A DNA stretch of 64,000 nucleotides, taken from NCBI GenBank assembly GCA_964187785.1, contig OZ076420.1, forward strand, positions 19,034,001 through 19,098,000. Direction: 5' to 3'. Source of the stretch: Amphiscolops sp. MND2022. Lineage: Eukaryota. The position numbers and the translations under genes are program-made. The notes below the pieces were generated by a model. That model was not told the origin of the DNA. It made no database searches and saw nothing but the letters and a program-made list of their open reading frames with translations. Shown here piece after piece: positions 12,755 through 26,900 of the stretch. Each line of letters opens with the position of its first letter. The stretch's first letter is position 1.

Positions 12755-15700
12755 ACCAAACGTTCATGCGGCGTTAACCACGCGTCTGAAACTATAGTTG
12801 CGGTCAAGTTTCGACGAGAAGTCACTTGCCAAAAATAAACTGGAAAACGAACATCGTTGAAGAATATTGATGGCAAGTAGAAGTGAGACGTCAAGCAGAA
12901 AGAAGCATTCTTTTTTTTCCAGTGAACTTATGCGCCATCCAGTCAGAAATCAACGTTCAGAGATAAGAAGCGAGTAAACTTTTCAAAACTCGAACTCAAA
13001 CTTCTTTGAATTCCGAGAAGATTTTCCAAAACTTTCATGGAAGATTCCAGAAGCACTACAGATAAATATATTTAGGCCTAACGAAAAATCGTTGTGACGT
13101 TTGTTGGGATGGACGTTGGATAGCATTTCTTTCTTTCGGTTAATTTCCAAAGCACGTTTAATTTCGAGCACGTTATCATGCACTGTATAACATGAGGTTA
13201 AGTAAAAAAATATCTGGACTTAGTTTTTGCTACAAAACGCTCGTCATTCGAGTTTTTCTGTAAGTAGGCCGTTTTCACGTTCCAGAGAAGCGTCAGTGTC
13301 TGTAAAACAATTAGACAAACATTATCACAAGGGCAAGGAGTACAAGATCCGGTTCACAAGGTCTTAGATATTCGAGTGTCTTTTCTTCAACTTAGACGAC
13401 TCATACATCAGATAACTAACCGTTCAGTACAGCCTAAGTTAGAAACGTTGTTTTCGGGAAACGACGAAAACTTTGAATCTTTTGCAGAACGTTTTGAAGC
13501 TCGGCTTCAGTTGATAAACTTTAGGACAGTCTTCCTTGATCAGGAGATTTTGCTGAGGAAAAAGCTGCGAGTTTAGCTAGTGAGCAAAAAAGTTTGAATG
13601 TAAAACAGTTCGAAGATTGGTGTGAACTGGTTCAAGATCTAGATACAAAGTCAGTGGGTTGAAATAAAACAGCGAAACCTAACGGTACTGAGGCGTGGGA
13701 ACTTTTGTAAGTTTGTTTCAAACTTTGTTTGCGTCCTTGTATCTATCAACAATTGAATTAGTCAACGAACCTTAGAAAGTTCCACAAGAAAGTGCGCGGT
13801 TAATTAATGAGAGCTGAAGAACTCTAGCTAAATCAAACTGCAATTGGGGAAAACGTTAGTGATCAAATGCAATGTTCGATAGTTTAAAGAGGACTGCCGA
13901 ATTGTTTCGTAATTGTTTTCAAGTTTTAACATGAAACTAAAACCCCTGCAGATCTGAAACGCGATTTTTTGAATTTCGATACTGATAAGTGTGAAGGTCA
14001 CACCGACCAGGCAGTAAGTTCACAATTCATTGAAGACGTGAAGTGCTTCAAGCGTTGTCAATTTGGGCACCCACAAAGTAAATGCATAGCAAACGTGTCT
14101 CCCAAAGTGTATTTCGTATGTGCTGAAAAAAACCACAATGCGAATGAGTGCCACGAACAAAAAAATTAGTCGGAAACAAGAGTATCAGTGAAATGGCTCA
14201 TAACAAACTTTTTTACACAGAGCGACATCAGAGTAATATAACGGCAGAAAAAGAAGGTTTCCCGTTTAAGACTAGTCAAGTACAATCAACGTGTAAAAAC
14301 GTAGAAGTTTTAATCGGCAATGGGTTAACAAGTCACAGGATAAAAGAGGCTGACATGTTCACGTCTCTAATATTGTTAAAGTTGAGTGCCCGAGCGGAAC
14401 TCAACCCAATATTGAAGGTAGAGGATGGATTATATTTTAGCAAAAAAGTCAAGGCCGAGATGAAGTCTTTGAATTTAAAGACTCGTTGTTTGTTCTTAAT
14501 AATCGAGAAGATTGAACAAAAAAAACGAAATTCACACGGGTTTTCATACGGAACTTCGCATAGTTATAGCTTAAAGAGGTTTTCCGTTGAAATACGAAAA
14601 TTATTTGTTTCATTCTCAAGTTTATTGTGTGCACGACCAAAGGAATGTCGCAACTGCAAGTCTGAATTTCTGGCATGAAAGACGTGGCCACAATAATAAA
14701 CCTAATGTCCGAAAATTGGCAAAGGCTGTTGATATGTAATTAGAAGGTGAAGCAAACGATGTGTGTATTGCGATGTGTGTATTGCAGAAGAGGCCAAGCG
14801 ATTAGCGATAAGCCGCCAAGTACGAACTCGAGCTGAAAAACCTTTAAGAAATAGTCCGCGTAGATGAATCGCGAGTAAACGGGATGTCCACAGATAACTT
14901 CAAGTACACTCTAGAATTAGTTGATTGCTTCAGCATACTCCGTGCTGTTTCATCTACTAAGAACAAAAGCCGATGACGGAACGGCTCTCGAATTTTGTAG
15001 CTGATATTGAAAAACCTCGTTGAGTCTCGTTTGCGAGTTTTTGGTTGTCAAGCATTCAAGTACGCAGAAAACCCAAAGCGGAACCAATTTGAAACTAGAG
15101 CTTTGGAAGGTTTTTCACTCGGATTCAGCAAAACGTAATTGCCTTATTCGGTCAAAATTTAAGGGCAGAGAGCTCATAAACAAAAATAGCCGCAATGTGG
15201 AAGCCAACTCAACGAGACTAGTTGTGCTGGTAAAACACATTTCACAAACACTGATTGTGACAGGGAAATGCTAGGCGATGTGTGTGAGTTGCAAGTTCGA
15301 GAATTAGGTGGTAATTCAAAAGTTTTGGGGACAGGTCAGACTAGAATAACACATAATTTCATCTGAAAAGTTCGACTTTGAATACAACGACTAGATACTG
15401 ACGAAAACTGTAGCCGCCTAATAGATAACACCCATGTACAAACATCAACTTGTCGTACACTTTAGGTTCGCCTGAGTTCGATGAAAATGAATCGCTCGCA
15501 CACCATAGCGATTATGGTGATCAAGGGTTAGCGAAAAACCTTGAAGAAGTGCTTTCCACTCCACAGTGGCTTCGAGCGAGGGAAGCGGTTTACGAATTTG
15601 TAAAGAAAAATGATGTTTGGGAACTCGGTAAATAGCAGATTGGAAAAACCTCGTTACAGGTAAATGGCATTTTGCACATAAGGGAAACAGTAAAAAGCAG

Positions 15701-16673
15701 TAATCAAGCAGAAAGCAAGATACGTAGCCAGATGATGCAATCAAAACCAAGGTGATGACTAAGATCAAACATATAGTCCGACTGTGAAAGTGGTAAAACT
15801 CCGAGTATTGGTGAGTTAACAGTTCGAAAAAGAAATGACGTTGAAACGGTTTGACATAAAAACCGCTTTAAAAGTAATTGAACGCAGGTATGGAAAAAGA
15901 CATTTCGGTAGATCAGCTACCAGGTTATGTTAAAAAACGCCACTAGAAAAAGGCCATGGTCGTAGATTGGGAAACTCATTTTATTGTTTGAAATAAACCG
16001 GGTGCAACTGCTTGATATTTTTTGCCCAGCTTTCAGTTCAAGCCGAGCAAGAGTCACCCCCGTTTGTTCTTGAGGGAACAAAACGGTCATATGGACAAGA
16101 TGGAAACGAAAAGTTGTAGAGAACGCTGACCAAAAAGTTTTTGATCGGTAAAGTTGACAAAGCAACGACTGTAGAACACCTGTACAGAAAATCCAAAAAA
16201 CTTGAGCTCACATGATTCAGTATTGCAAATTGGGCAAGAAAGTTAGATTATAAGAAATCTACCATTGGGTTTTGCTGCTTTCTGAACTCGGAAACAGGAG
16301 CTATGAGTTGGAGTTCTAAATTGCAGAAACATTGTAGCTATTTGCAGCCTCTGGAGAACTTATGTTTCTAGGAGGCCTGGCAAACGAGAAAGGAAGAGAC
16401 ACGCAAAATCCTGTTTAAATATATGTGGACAATCAGGCTTGTATTGCAATAACTACACATACAGTGAAATCTCGGAAAGTAAAGCATGTTGCAATCAAGT
16501 TGAACTTCATACAATAAAAAATAGAAACTCGATACTTGGATTTTGATTTTTGACCCAAAAATGAATTGATTGCTGACATGCTAATTGAGCCCCTTGCAAA
16601 CGTTATAGTTGAAATGTTCAGCAAAAGACTCTCCGGGAAAAAAATCTGATAATCAAGATCCAAAAAGAGGGAG

Positions 16674-16892
16674 TTTTAAGATATAGAGAAGTCATAGCAT
16701 GCTTCGAAGCTATGAACAAGATTCTTAGTATGTATCAACAATATCTCCAGTTAGAAGAAGTCACGCGTTTTTGTGTTTCAGAGGGAGATAATCAATATTT
16801 CTGATGTTTGTTTCGTAAATCAATTTTCTGTTAACTTCTTTGAATACAGTTGAATTGAAAGTATCAACTGTTCGTCTCACTCTGCCTCAAAA
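16674..16892 (+). repeat. Recognisable part of the copia 3' LTR
   Basis: Starts right after purine tract aaaaagagggag (16662-16673); direct repeat of 12538-12754. Confidence 0.65.
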
Positions 16893-17821
16893 GTCAAGAA
16901 CTAAATCTATTGAATCAACTCTTCAGAAAACTATATAATAATATTTCAAAATTCTTCGTTCAAAATGAAAAAATCACACTAAAAATGGAATTTCGTCGAT
17001 GAAGGAAGAGACTGAGCCAGAACCAAAATCGAAATGAGTTGCCTATGAACATATCCGGTGTGACTGAAGCGCATCTTAAACGTGTTGATAGTCTACTAAA
17101 ATGAGCTTTAAGTTACCCTCTTTGTACTGCAAACCTGCTACTAGCCAAAACCGTATTTTAAAAAATCGTTCAAATTTTAGCCAAAAGAAATTTTTCATGA
17201 AAATGATCGATGAAACTTTGCGCTCACTAAGCATTACCTCTCCAATGTGAAGTTTACCAAAACTATTTCAAATAAGACCGTTTAACGCAAACAAAAATGG
17301 TGAGCCAGATGGGTCCATACATTGACCAATCAGAGATAATCCTGTCAACCTGAACAAAAAAACAAGTTCTCAAATCGTTTGCCATTTTGCCGAAGTTTGC
17401 TACTTCTGATGCTCTGAAATATGCAACAGGAACATATGGCATACAAATGGCCGAAAAGTCTTTGCCCGATATTTCCTGAAAGCTAATGACCCATCTCGAA
17501 AAACAAATAGAACTGGTGAAAAAAAGCTTGCTTCAATCGAGTGAAAACGAACGTGCTCGGGCACTTGAAACTGAATAGAAATTTTTGCTAACCTATGGCC
17601 TCCAATATAGGCGAATATGTAGAGTGTTTGATGGTTTTACAGTTTGTTTGGTCGACAAATTGACGCAAAAAAATCAGGTTCACTGCAAGGACCGAACCTC
17701 CGACATCCTGCATGTTGATGTTTTTCTGACAAATAATTTTGAAACTGAACGCGTTTTCAACAATGCTTTAATCATCTAAAGTTCAGTGAAAAACTTTGTT
17801 AATATTTGTGATTGATATCAG

Positions 17822-17992
17822 AAGCCGAATTTACACTCTCAACGTCAGCTGCTTGCCATGAAGATAAATCAGCTTATTGCATTATGATGGTGACAATGGT
17901 GATTGGATGTTTTGGTTGTGTTCTTAACATGCTGTCTTTCTTGGTCTACAAGGAGTATCCAAAAAAGATAGCGGCTCATTATTACTTGATGG
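17822..17992 (+). CDS. GPCR exon encoding TM1
   Basis: atatcag|AAGCC...ATGG|gtaagg; ...YCIMMVTMVIGCFGCVLNMLSFLVYKEYPKKIAAHYYLM; ends in phase 1. Confidence 0.8.
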
Positions 17993-20900
17993 GTAAGGTT
18001 TTTTTCTTCATGGTTACAAAATTCAGTTTTGTATGGGCCGATGGAAAATGACAAAAATTAATTAGTAGGTACAACTAGTAGGTACAAATGCCATGTAATT
18101 GTTATCATTCACTTTCATTGGAAACTAGTTCAAGCTGGGTTCCAAGGTTCAGTTTTAAAGCTTCTCCTATCATACAAAACATGCTGATCATTCTTTGTCG
18201 TAACTAACAAAGCATAATTCCTAGCTAGTCATAGTATAAACGTACATGTATGGTAAACATGATAATCAACAAGCCGAGAACGGCATAAGTCGGCGCCATA
18301 TCTAAGGCTCAAAAATAGCAAAAGGACATCAAAGCGTCAAAAAACTCAAAGTGTCAAACAAAGAATTTCGAAACATTTTCAAAAAACCAAAAACAACCAT
18401 TTCGGATTTTTCATCATCCATTCTGTCGTAAAACACCAAAGATTGAAGGGGGGATGTCGCAGGCTGCCACTTGTGACGGGACTATGATTGCAATGACAGC
18501 TGACGGCTAGGACATTGCCCAGGGGACGCTCCGTACCTTTTAATCTTAAAACTAAAACTATTTTTCAAGACTAGTACTCAGTTTGTTTAGATATTGTTAA
18601 CGCATTTGATTTTGTATTAGTCTGTTAGCAATTGTTCAATGAACTGGTTTGATTTTGTAAAGTGATGTAAAATTGGAATGCAATATGTAAGTGAGTTACT
18701 ATACGATGCAAAGGAAACGTGTTCAAGTGCTGTAACGTCTTTTCTCGGCGAGGTGACTTGTTGGATTATTGCTGTCCAATCACGATGCAGTACTAGTATT
18801 TTTATTTCTGAGCAGTATATTATTTGGCCGTTTACGGCCAATTGACTCAGTCAGTCTACTATTAATTCGGACTCTAGTCAAATAGCCTGATTCCACCTAT
18901 TTAACTTTCATCGATTTAACTGCTTTGTTTAACTAGTAGTACTGTGTGCTTTAACAAAAGGTGCTCAAAACCATCTTGGTATGTCAAAGAATGTAATTGA
19001 AGCTGCTAAACCTTGATCTGTTGACAGTTTTAACCTTTGTTGCTATTATTGAAAGACCAGTATTTGGACCGATTAGGGCAAAACAATGTCGTTTATCCCA
19101 TGTATTTTGGCCTCTTTAGACCTACATCACAATAACATGAAACCAAGTAAACCAATGTTTTTACCCAGATGCTATTTTAGTCTCACGTGCAAACGCGCGT
19201 TGGAAATTGTTGCTACATTCTTCTAATGTTTAGATAATGGGCTACCACTGAGTTCATAAGTGTTTACAAACGATGCATTAACTTTTTCAAATATGTTCAA
19301 ACTATAGCGCGTCAAGTTCCTAAGAGGGTTAAAGTTACCCATTTGCAGTTTAAAATACCAACGCTGCTAGCCACCACCCTTTTCATGAAATTTCTTGCTA
19401 ACTCTCAGTATTATTTTGTTCATCGAAATGCAGTTGGAATGTTGTATACTCATACAATAACGAAAGGAATGTAATTGTCATGCCTCCTGGGGTATATATA
19501 CCTGTCCTCCTCATGAGACGGACACAATTTTCCAAAACCGTGTTAAGAATCTGACTCGTTCTAAATTCACAAAGTACAATTTCCCGATCTGAAGCAATTC
19601 AAATATTATTACTCGGATTTCTTCAATGCCTACTACAAGAAAACAGAAAAAGGCGAGGAAGTCCAGAGGACTAGAATTACTCTCAGATATATAGAATCTC
19701 GATATAATGCTAGGTGAGAGGCATTCTGAGAGAGATGAAAGTGCGAATAGTAATTCAACCAGAAGTCCGGAAAGTGTCACTAGTGACATGTTTGGAAATG
19801 GTAAAGAAAACTGATACTTGAATCATACAGAAATGAGGTCTGGTATTAATGCCGACCCCGGACAAAATTTAGCGAGTGCTAACTCAAATGCTGAGATCAA
19901 TAGTTTGTCGAGTGAGCTCAACTCTAGGTTGTCTCGAGAGATGGACGAGATGGCGGGCAGTGTTAATACTCAGATCCAAAAAGCAATTAGTGATGCTATT
20001 AGCAATCAGATATTGCCTCAAATACAGAATGCCCTAAGGGCCGTATCGGGTCTTATGACACAAAACAGATGGAACGTTCCGGCTGAGAGACAGAAAATTA
20101 ATCACGAAGACTACCGCAGTGAGACAACTAAAATCAACTTTAGAAGTGAGCCAACACGTGATTGTTTACTTGAAAATCATCAGGAACAAGCTTACGACAG
20201 GGGACCCTTCGGGAAATTTTTGTTAAATGTCTCAGAATGCCAAAAAACTGAAATGGGGACCCTTTGGGTTTTTTTCATCATCCAGCTGTCGTAAAACATC
20301 AAAAAATTGAAGGGGGCCCTTCGAGGAAAACTTTTTTCAAAAGAAGCCTCAAAATGCCAAACAAATGAAAGTGGAACCCTTGAGTCTCGCCCGGTGTTGT
20401 GTTTTACGAGAAAAAAAAGAAAACCCTTTTTGATTCAAGTTTGACCTTTTTTGACACCATAAATTTTCGAAGAACATTTGTAGAACTATTTTGGTCAATT
20501 TGTGTGGATTGAAAAAAAGAGTTACTATAATAGTCCTATGGTTGTCAGTATATGGTCCGTCTGGTTCCGTACTTTTGCATATTAGCACAAAGTTGTCAAT
20601 TGATGGGGTCAGTGATATATATTTTGGGTATTCTTAGCCATTACAATTCTTTTCACGACTGACAACCAAAAATGCAATTGTCAATTCAGAACATCATAGA
20701 CCCACCCATGTTAGCAATACTACAATAATCATCTCAAATAAAGGATAAATCTTCCCTAAAAGTGTTTAGATGAGCTGTTCTCTTGAAATTATACAATTTC
20801 CTTTTTCAACTCCACTCATGAATCTTCAGAGTTCTGACCAGCGATGTAAATGAACCGCATTGAATAAGGGTTCAAGTGGCTATCTAATGGCCGGTTCTGC

Positions 20901-23900
20901 ATTCAGTTCCCAAAGCTGAAAATCGGGGTTAACCCCGGGTATTTAAAATTCCAGACCGACTTTTGGTTTCACATTGACCATGGTTTAGGGCATAGATGAC
21001 TTTTCCGCGATCATGGTAAAATTTTGAAAAACAGTGGAGAATTAAAATAGCGCCAATAATGGTTGCTGGATTTTGATGAAGTTCCTTTTTACGCTCACAA
21101 CTGTCAAATGGTCTATACTTAAGTCTAAGGCAAATCATCTACACTAGCCAGTTGATTCGATGGCCGTCCAAAGCGCTAAATGACTCCTTGAAAAAATATT
21201 ATTTTGCAACAATTAGTTCCATCATTCGAAACGTTGTCACAAAGCAACAATGAATTTCCTGTAATAATCATTTTTCAGCTCTGGCTGTTTCCGATACCCT
21301 TTCGATTTTGTTTGATGGACTGGTTGATGGCTTAGACTGCATCTTTGGAAAAAAGACGCTGGGATCTAAGACTTGGATTTGTTACGCTGGTTAGTCAAAA
21401 TGGTTTTCAAAAATCAATTTTTGTTCCATAATCATTTTGGGAAAACGGCTGCGTAGAATTGAGAACAGTGGTTATTGCTTCGAAGTTGCCTTTTACGTTT
21501 AGCTGCCGCGTTCAGTAAAAAGTTCAAGACTCTTACAGTGACATTTTTTTTCTCTTTCAGTTTTTGAAATTTCTGATTCGAAAAAAAGCGTGTTGAGAGT
21601 CTAAAGAACCTTTTGGGATTCCGGCACTGTACGACTTTTTCGAAAATTTTTAAAAAATTCAATCAACATTTCGGTTTTTCTGATGTTTCCAGTTTGAAAA
21701 AGCTGTTTTAAACTCTCAAGGGTTTCCTTCGGATGTTTTCAGCAATGTTTGATAATTAAAATGTATACTATACCAAACTAGATTTCAGATATCGCGAAAA
21801 TCGATTTTTTTTGAAAATTTCGAAGGTTTCAAATATTTAAGTGATAAGCACTATGCACAAAACAAACCATTCAAAAATTTCCCGTTGGTGTGTCTTTTCA
21901 ATGTTTTTGCTGCGCAAATGACAAAACCACTTTTTGTATCTGCTGACTCTTTCTTGCAAAGTTTTACAGCTTTATAGCTTCTTTCATGCGTCGTTTTTAA
22001 ACCTGCTAATTCATCAAAAGTAGCATCATTATTACTTTTTTTTTCTTCAATCAAAAACTGTGCTCACATCGCACCGTCAAAGATACAGTGGAGATCCTTT
22101 TTAGTAAGCTTCCTAATTGATGTTTCAGATTTGGGTTTGGATAACGTGACAACTTTTGCTACGTTTTGGGTGGTTACCTTGATAGCCATTGACAGATGTA
22201 CAGGACTACTTTACCCAAGGCGCTACAAATCTCAATTTTCCAAGCCGAGAATTGCATGCAAAATGCTAACGATTACTCTGGCTATAGTTTATGTTTTATG
22301 CGCCGTTCTAATCATCGGTGCTTTCTGGAGTAGAAAGTAAGTGAGTTGATCTTTTAGCTTGAAAGACGATTTGCATCTCAGGTTTTCTCTCAAGTCTCTT
22401 AGTTTTCAAGAATTTACCCACGAGCCGGCAACACCAAAACAATTTTATGCCTTACAAGTGCTGAATTTTCACAGTTGCCCATCATAAAACTGATGTTTGT
22501 GTAATGTCCACCAGTTTGGTGACAAAGCAACACCTCCTAGAAATATAACAAAATATTCGGGTGTTATCTGCCTAAGTGACTCCATTTGAAATAGTTTTCA
22601 AGAATTTACTCCCGAGCCGGCAACACCAAAACAGTTTTATGCCTGAAAAGTGCTGAATTTTCACGGTGGCCCAGCATAAAACTGATGTTTATGTAATGTC
22701 CACCAGTTTGGTGACATAGCAACACCCCGTAGAAGTTTACCAAAAAATCTAAGTACCGCGCAAAAGAAAAACGGCCGACGTGGCAGGTACCCAAAGTCAA
22801 CCTGAAGACGTACCAAGAACACAGAACATGGAGAACACACACGAAATCCACCCGATACCCAGAGACAACCCCAAAAAAACCGAAACACGTGATGTGCCTG
22901 CTCGTGCCAAAAAACGTCCCGTTTTGCAACAGCACCAGAAGAAATGCCCTGGAAAGAGACAGTTGCAGTTTTTGCATCGACTACCTCGCAAATCAAAGAC
23001 TTGTTGAGGCTTTACTTTCCTTGGCGTATTTCAGAGTATTCATATTAAATAGTATCTGCACCTTTTGCTGGACGTTAGATTAATTTTTGTGCTTGACAAC
23101 TGTCACGAATTCCAGTTTTTCACTACATCTGACGACGCAAATCCAAATGAATGTATTTCCTGTTTTTATTTGGAAACAAAAAACTCAATTTTAGGAAATT
23201 CTTGTTTCTTTCAGTCGTCTGGTGCTTTGGATTTTTTATGCGTAGCTTGATCCTTGATTGTAACGTACGGTAATTTGCCAACAAAAAACAATATATGTAT
23301 AATATACAATAACATACTATTACATACTATTACATAAGTAACGTTATTGATGTACAATAATGTTAGTATCAAATCTGGTATATTCTTTATAAATATATAT
23401 TATATATAATAAACTTACATATTATATATTAAAGTGTCGCCGCCTAGACCTTGCGTTGGACCCGATGTGCAGCATTAGCGGCAAATAATTCAATCCGTTT
23501 ACTGATGTTCATCCGAAACTTGCCAATTCATTAAACTAATGTTCATCCAAAAACCTATTTTTATAAGATAAGACTTGTGTTATGTCGATTCATTTATGAC
23601 GTTTTAATAACAGCGATGATGAAGTTTGTTTACCATTAATGATTTAAAAAACTTTGTCAATGATGTTGGTTTACATATAATTACGTGTGCAGTGCAAAAG
23701 GTAATGTGTGATACTTTACAATAAGTTTAGTTGTGAAAAGAATAAACTATGCACGGTCTTTATACAGAAGTAATACATGCTGAACTTGATCACTTGATTC
23801 AACTGCCGTAACAGGGTTAGAGCATGATGCAGAATAATTTCATTCCTTCAAAATATCAAATGTGACTTTTGGTATTTTACTCATACGTGCCTGATAACAT

Positions 23901-26900
23901 CCATTCAGCATCGTACAATACGTGAGAGAAATGATACATACTGTGTCCTACGTACATTTTTGTTAATATTTTTCGCTAACGGTACGGTATATATTGTTGC
24001 CAATCTGAAGAGAGTTGTTTACGTATTGTATGATTCTATTTTAAAATATTACGTCATGTGAGAGTCTATTTATATAGTGAAATAACGGAGCGGTTTTTAG
24101 ATTATACGTAATAATGATGTAAGGATGGTTTTCCAAAAAAAATGACGGTCATGTTACTAAAAACAAACCCCAACGAAAGGACAGTTAGAAAACCTTATTA
24201 AAATTCATTCCTTCAAAAAACCACCATACTAATCAGACCTACTTTTCTCAACACTTTGTTGAAAATAACATTTTGCAATCTATTTCATTTCAGTCCCCAT
24301 TTTATCTTGTTGATCCGATATTATGAATAACTTTCCCAACTTTGTTTCCATTGGCACATCCTTCTATCTTCCAACTTTATTGAATTTTTTCCCTTCAACA
24401 AAACATCATTTCAACCTAACTTTAGACGGGAAACAAAAGAAACAGGAGATTTAGATGAAGACAATCACTCTCACTTGAGAGAGAGAGATAAGCGCTTCAG
24501 AAGCAGTAGCATCACAAGGTAATGTAACTATGACAGAAAGACTTAGTACTTTCGATAATGTTAGTTCAGTTAGGGATGGAGAAGCAGTTTTAACTGACTC
24601 CACACAAAATGAAAACGAGATGCAGGTGTGGACTCAAAGAGTAACACAGATATTGCAAACAGAGATGGGCGCAACATAAAAAGAAATTAATGAAAAGCTA
24701 GAAAAGATGATGAGAAGAGTGAAGGAAAGTAGAAGATTGCAATCAGTTTCTAACGGAAAACACGATGAGCATCATCAAGAATAGAATGGTCAAAATGCAC
24801 AAACAATGACGAATGTGAAATGAACGCATCTGATACCGAAAATGCAAATTTATGTAAAAAAAAACTGCTACTACTGCAAAAATGAAACCGGTTTCGTTGC
24901 CAACACGATCACATTGTATTCAACAGCTTTCTTAGCTACTCATTTGATGTGATCATCGCTTTTCAAACAAGAAACTGAACAAAACGCCAATTTGCAGTTT
25001 AAGACCCGAGTGAAATTAATTTGCATTGAAATGACGGTAGAACGGACAACAACGTACTGCAGTTAAATTTTTTCGTAGTGATAACTGCAAATTTTCAAGG
25101 CTTTAAGTTATGAATCCAAATCTGATCATTGTCTTTTCTTTCACAAAAGCGGATCTAGAGTTGTTGTTAGTACGTTAACTGCTGACGATATCCTGTCTCT
25201 CTTGTATGACTCTGTCATTAATGGCAGAACTAATCGTTCCATTTATTTGAGCATGCATCAAACTCATCATTGAGTTAATCTCTTGGAAGAGCCTCCAATT
25301 CGTCCCACCTGATAATTATTCAATTGACTCAGTGCGTATGTCACTCCTGGAGACGGCATTTTCAGTTTCTCTGAGATTCGAATTGACCCCAGAGTCTTCT
25401 TGTCTAACTGGTCCATTTTATGTTTTTTCTTAATCTCTTTCAATTGAATTCGAGTTGTTTTTGTCTAGCATTACGTCCATCTTATCGTAGTCGGACAAAC
25501 TATCCTTTTCTCTAGAAGGCTTTGTTTTGATTTTTTGTCTTGTCTCATTGGAGCTATTGAAAAGATTCGGTCAGGACATTGATATGTTTGGTTTTGGTTT
25601 TATATCAACCAACTCTCAAACAAGTTCCAACGATTTGTAACAAATCAGCAAAGTGTAGCTGCCAAGTACCAGCAAAATTTCTGTATCGCCATGAGGCCTT
25701 CCCCACTTGGGTTTTTATAGTGTCAAGCGGGATGACACTCAAGATTTATAGGGTCATAGTTCTAAAAATTACCCCTGCAACTATGAATAATAACATGACA
25801 TTTTTATAGTTTTAAAAACAGCTACATTGGGACTTCATATCCCTTTGTTTATATAACTTCGATTGGATAATGTTAGTATGTAGCAACCTATACATGCAGA
25901 GTAACGATAATTTTACAAGCATCTCGTGTGTTGAATATGGCCGGATTGTCCAAGTATTCCAACAGTCCGTTTATGATTTTTTTTGAAGAGCACTATAATA
26001 GAGGATGTTTAATCACTACTACCCAACTGTCTACTCAACTGTTTATTATAATTGTACTGGATAAAAACTTTGACAATAGCACTCTATTTCACTCTATTAT
26101 AAAGTAGGTGAAAACACAAAGCACTTTTAATAACTGAAGAGCTGTAACGGTCCACTTGTCTTAATGGCCATTCCGTTATGTTTAGTAGCCGTAATCTGCT
26201 ATTAACATTATTGCTAGCGCCGTTATTGCATATCAATATAAAATAGTAGCATGCATTCTGATTGGCTGGAAAAGCCTTGTAGGGCCACGTTGACAGCATT
26301 GGACAGGCATACATTTGAACTTGTTTCCTATTTCCTTATCAGTACTTCAACGGCGTCAAGTAATTTACGTAGGCGAATAAAAAACATGCGCAAAGTTTAA
26401 TCAAAGTTTTGAAAGTTTCTTAGTTTTTTTTCAAATGAGGGGAATGGTTCACTCAAGGTCCTTCGAATTTATCGAAGATCGAAAACAGGTTACCATCGCA
26501 GGTGACAGCCTGGGACTAAATCATTCAAGCAGCTTGATAAAAGTCAGATACAACAGGGAGATTTTTTCAATTGAATTTTTTCGTAAGCGTTTCAGAAAAT
26601 TAAAGTTGCTGGCAACATTCAAGTGCATGCAAAAAGTTGAAGCAGTTTCAACAAGTGTTAACAAAGTTTTTTTTTACTAAACGCCTTGAAAACACGCACA
26701 GAAAAATCAAGAATGGCAACAAAAATTATTGTGTTATTTGAGATCCCCGTTACTTTTCTTTTCATGAAACTATTGTTACTAAAAAGAAGTGTCTGATTTT
26801 TCCTAGTAATATTACGCTAGAAGACGAGAAACGCATTGTCTCTGCGGCTCTTGTATGAATTAAGGTATTTTTGAATCGTCCATACAACTGATCTGACAGA

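Larger units (their letters stand above)
12538..16892 (+). mobile_element. Old, decayed Ty1/copia LTR retrotransposon
   Basis: Broken frames in copia order: gag-like LFSGNDENFESFAERF (~13450), zinc-knuckle remnants (~14040-14155), integrase end FGCQAFKYAENPKRNQFETRALEGFSLGF (15040-), RT RYVAR*CNQNQGDD*DQTYSPTVK (~15718-15790), RNase H KSTIGFCCFLNSETGAMSWSSKLQK and YVDNQACIA..RKVKHVAI (~16255-16500). Purine tract at 16662-16673. Flanked by diverged direct repeats. Confidence 0.85.

Noticed and set aside
14148-14678. 176-aa ORF as a standalone gene
   Set aside because: Lies within the decayed copia internal region between gag and integrase.
24440-24850. Possible gag-N-terminus/LTR remnant of another family (NEMQVWTQRV-like)
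   Set aside because: No LTR boundaries or TSD found; too decayed.
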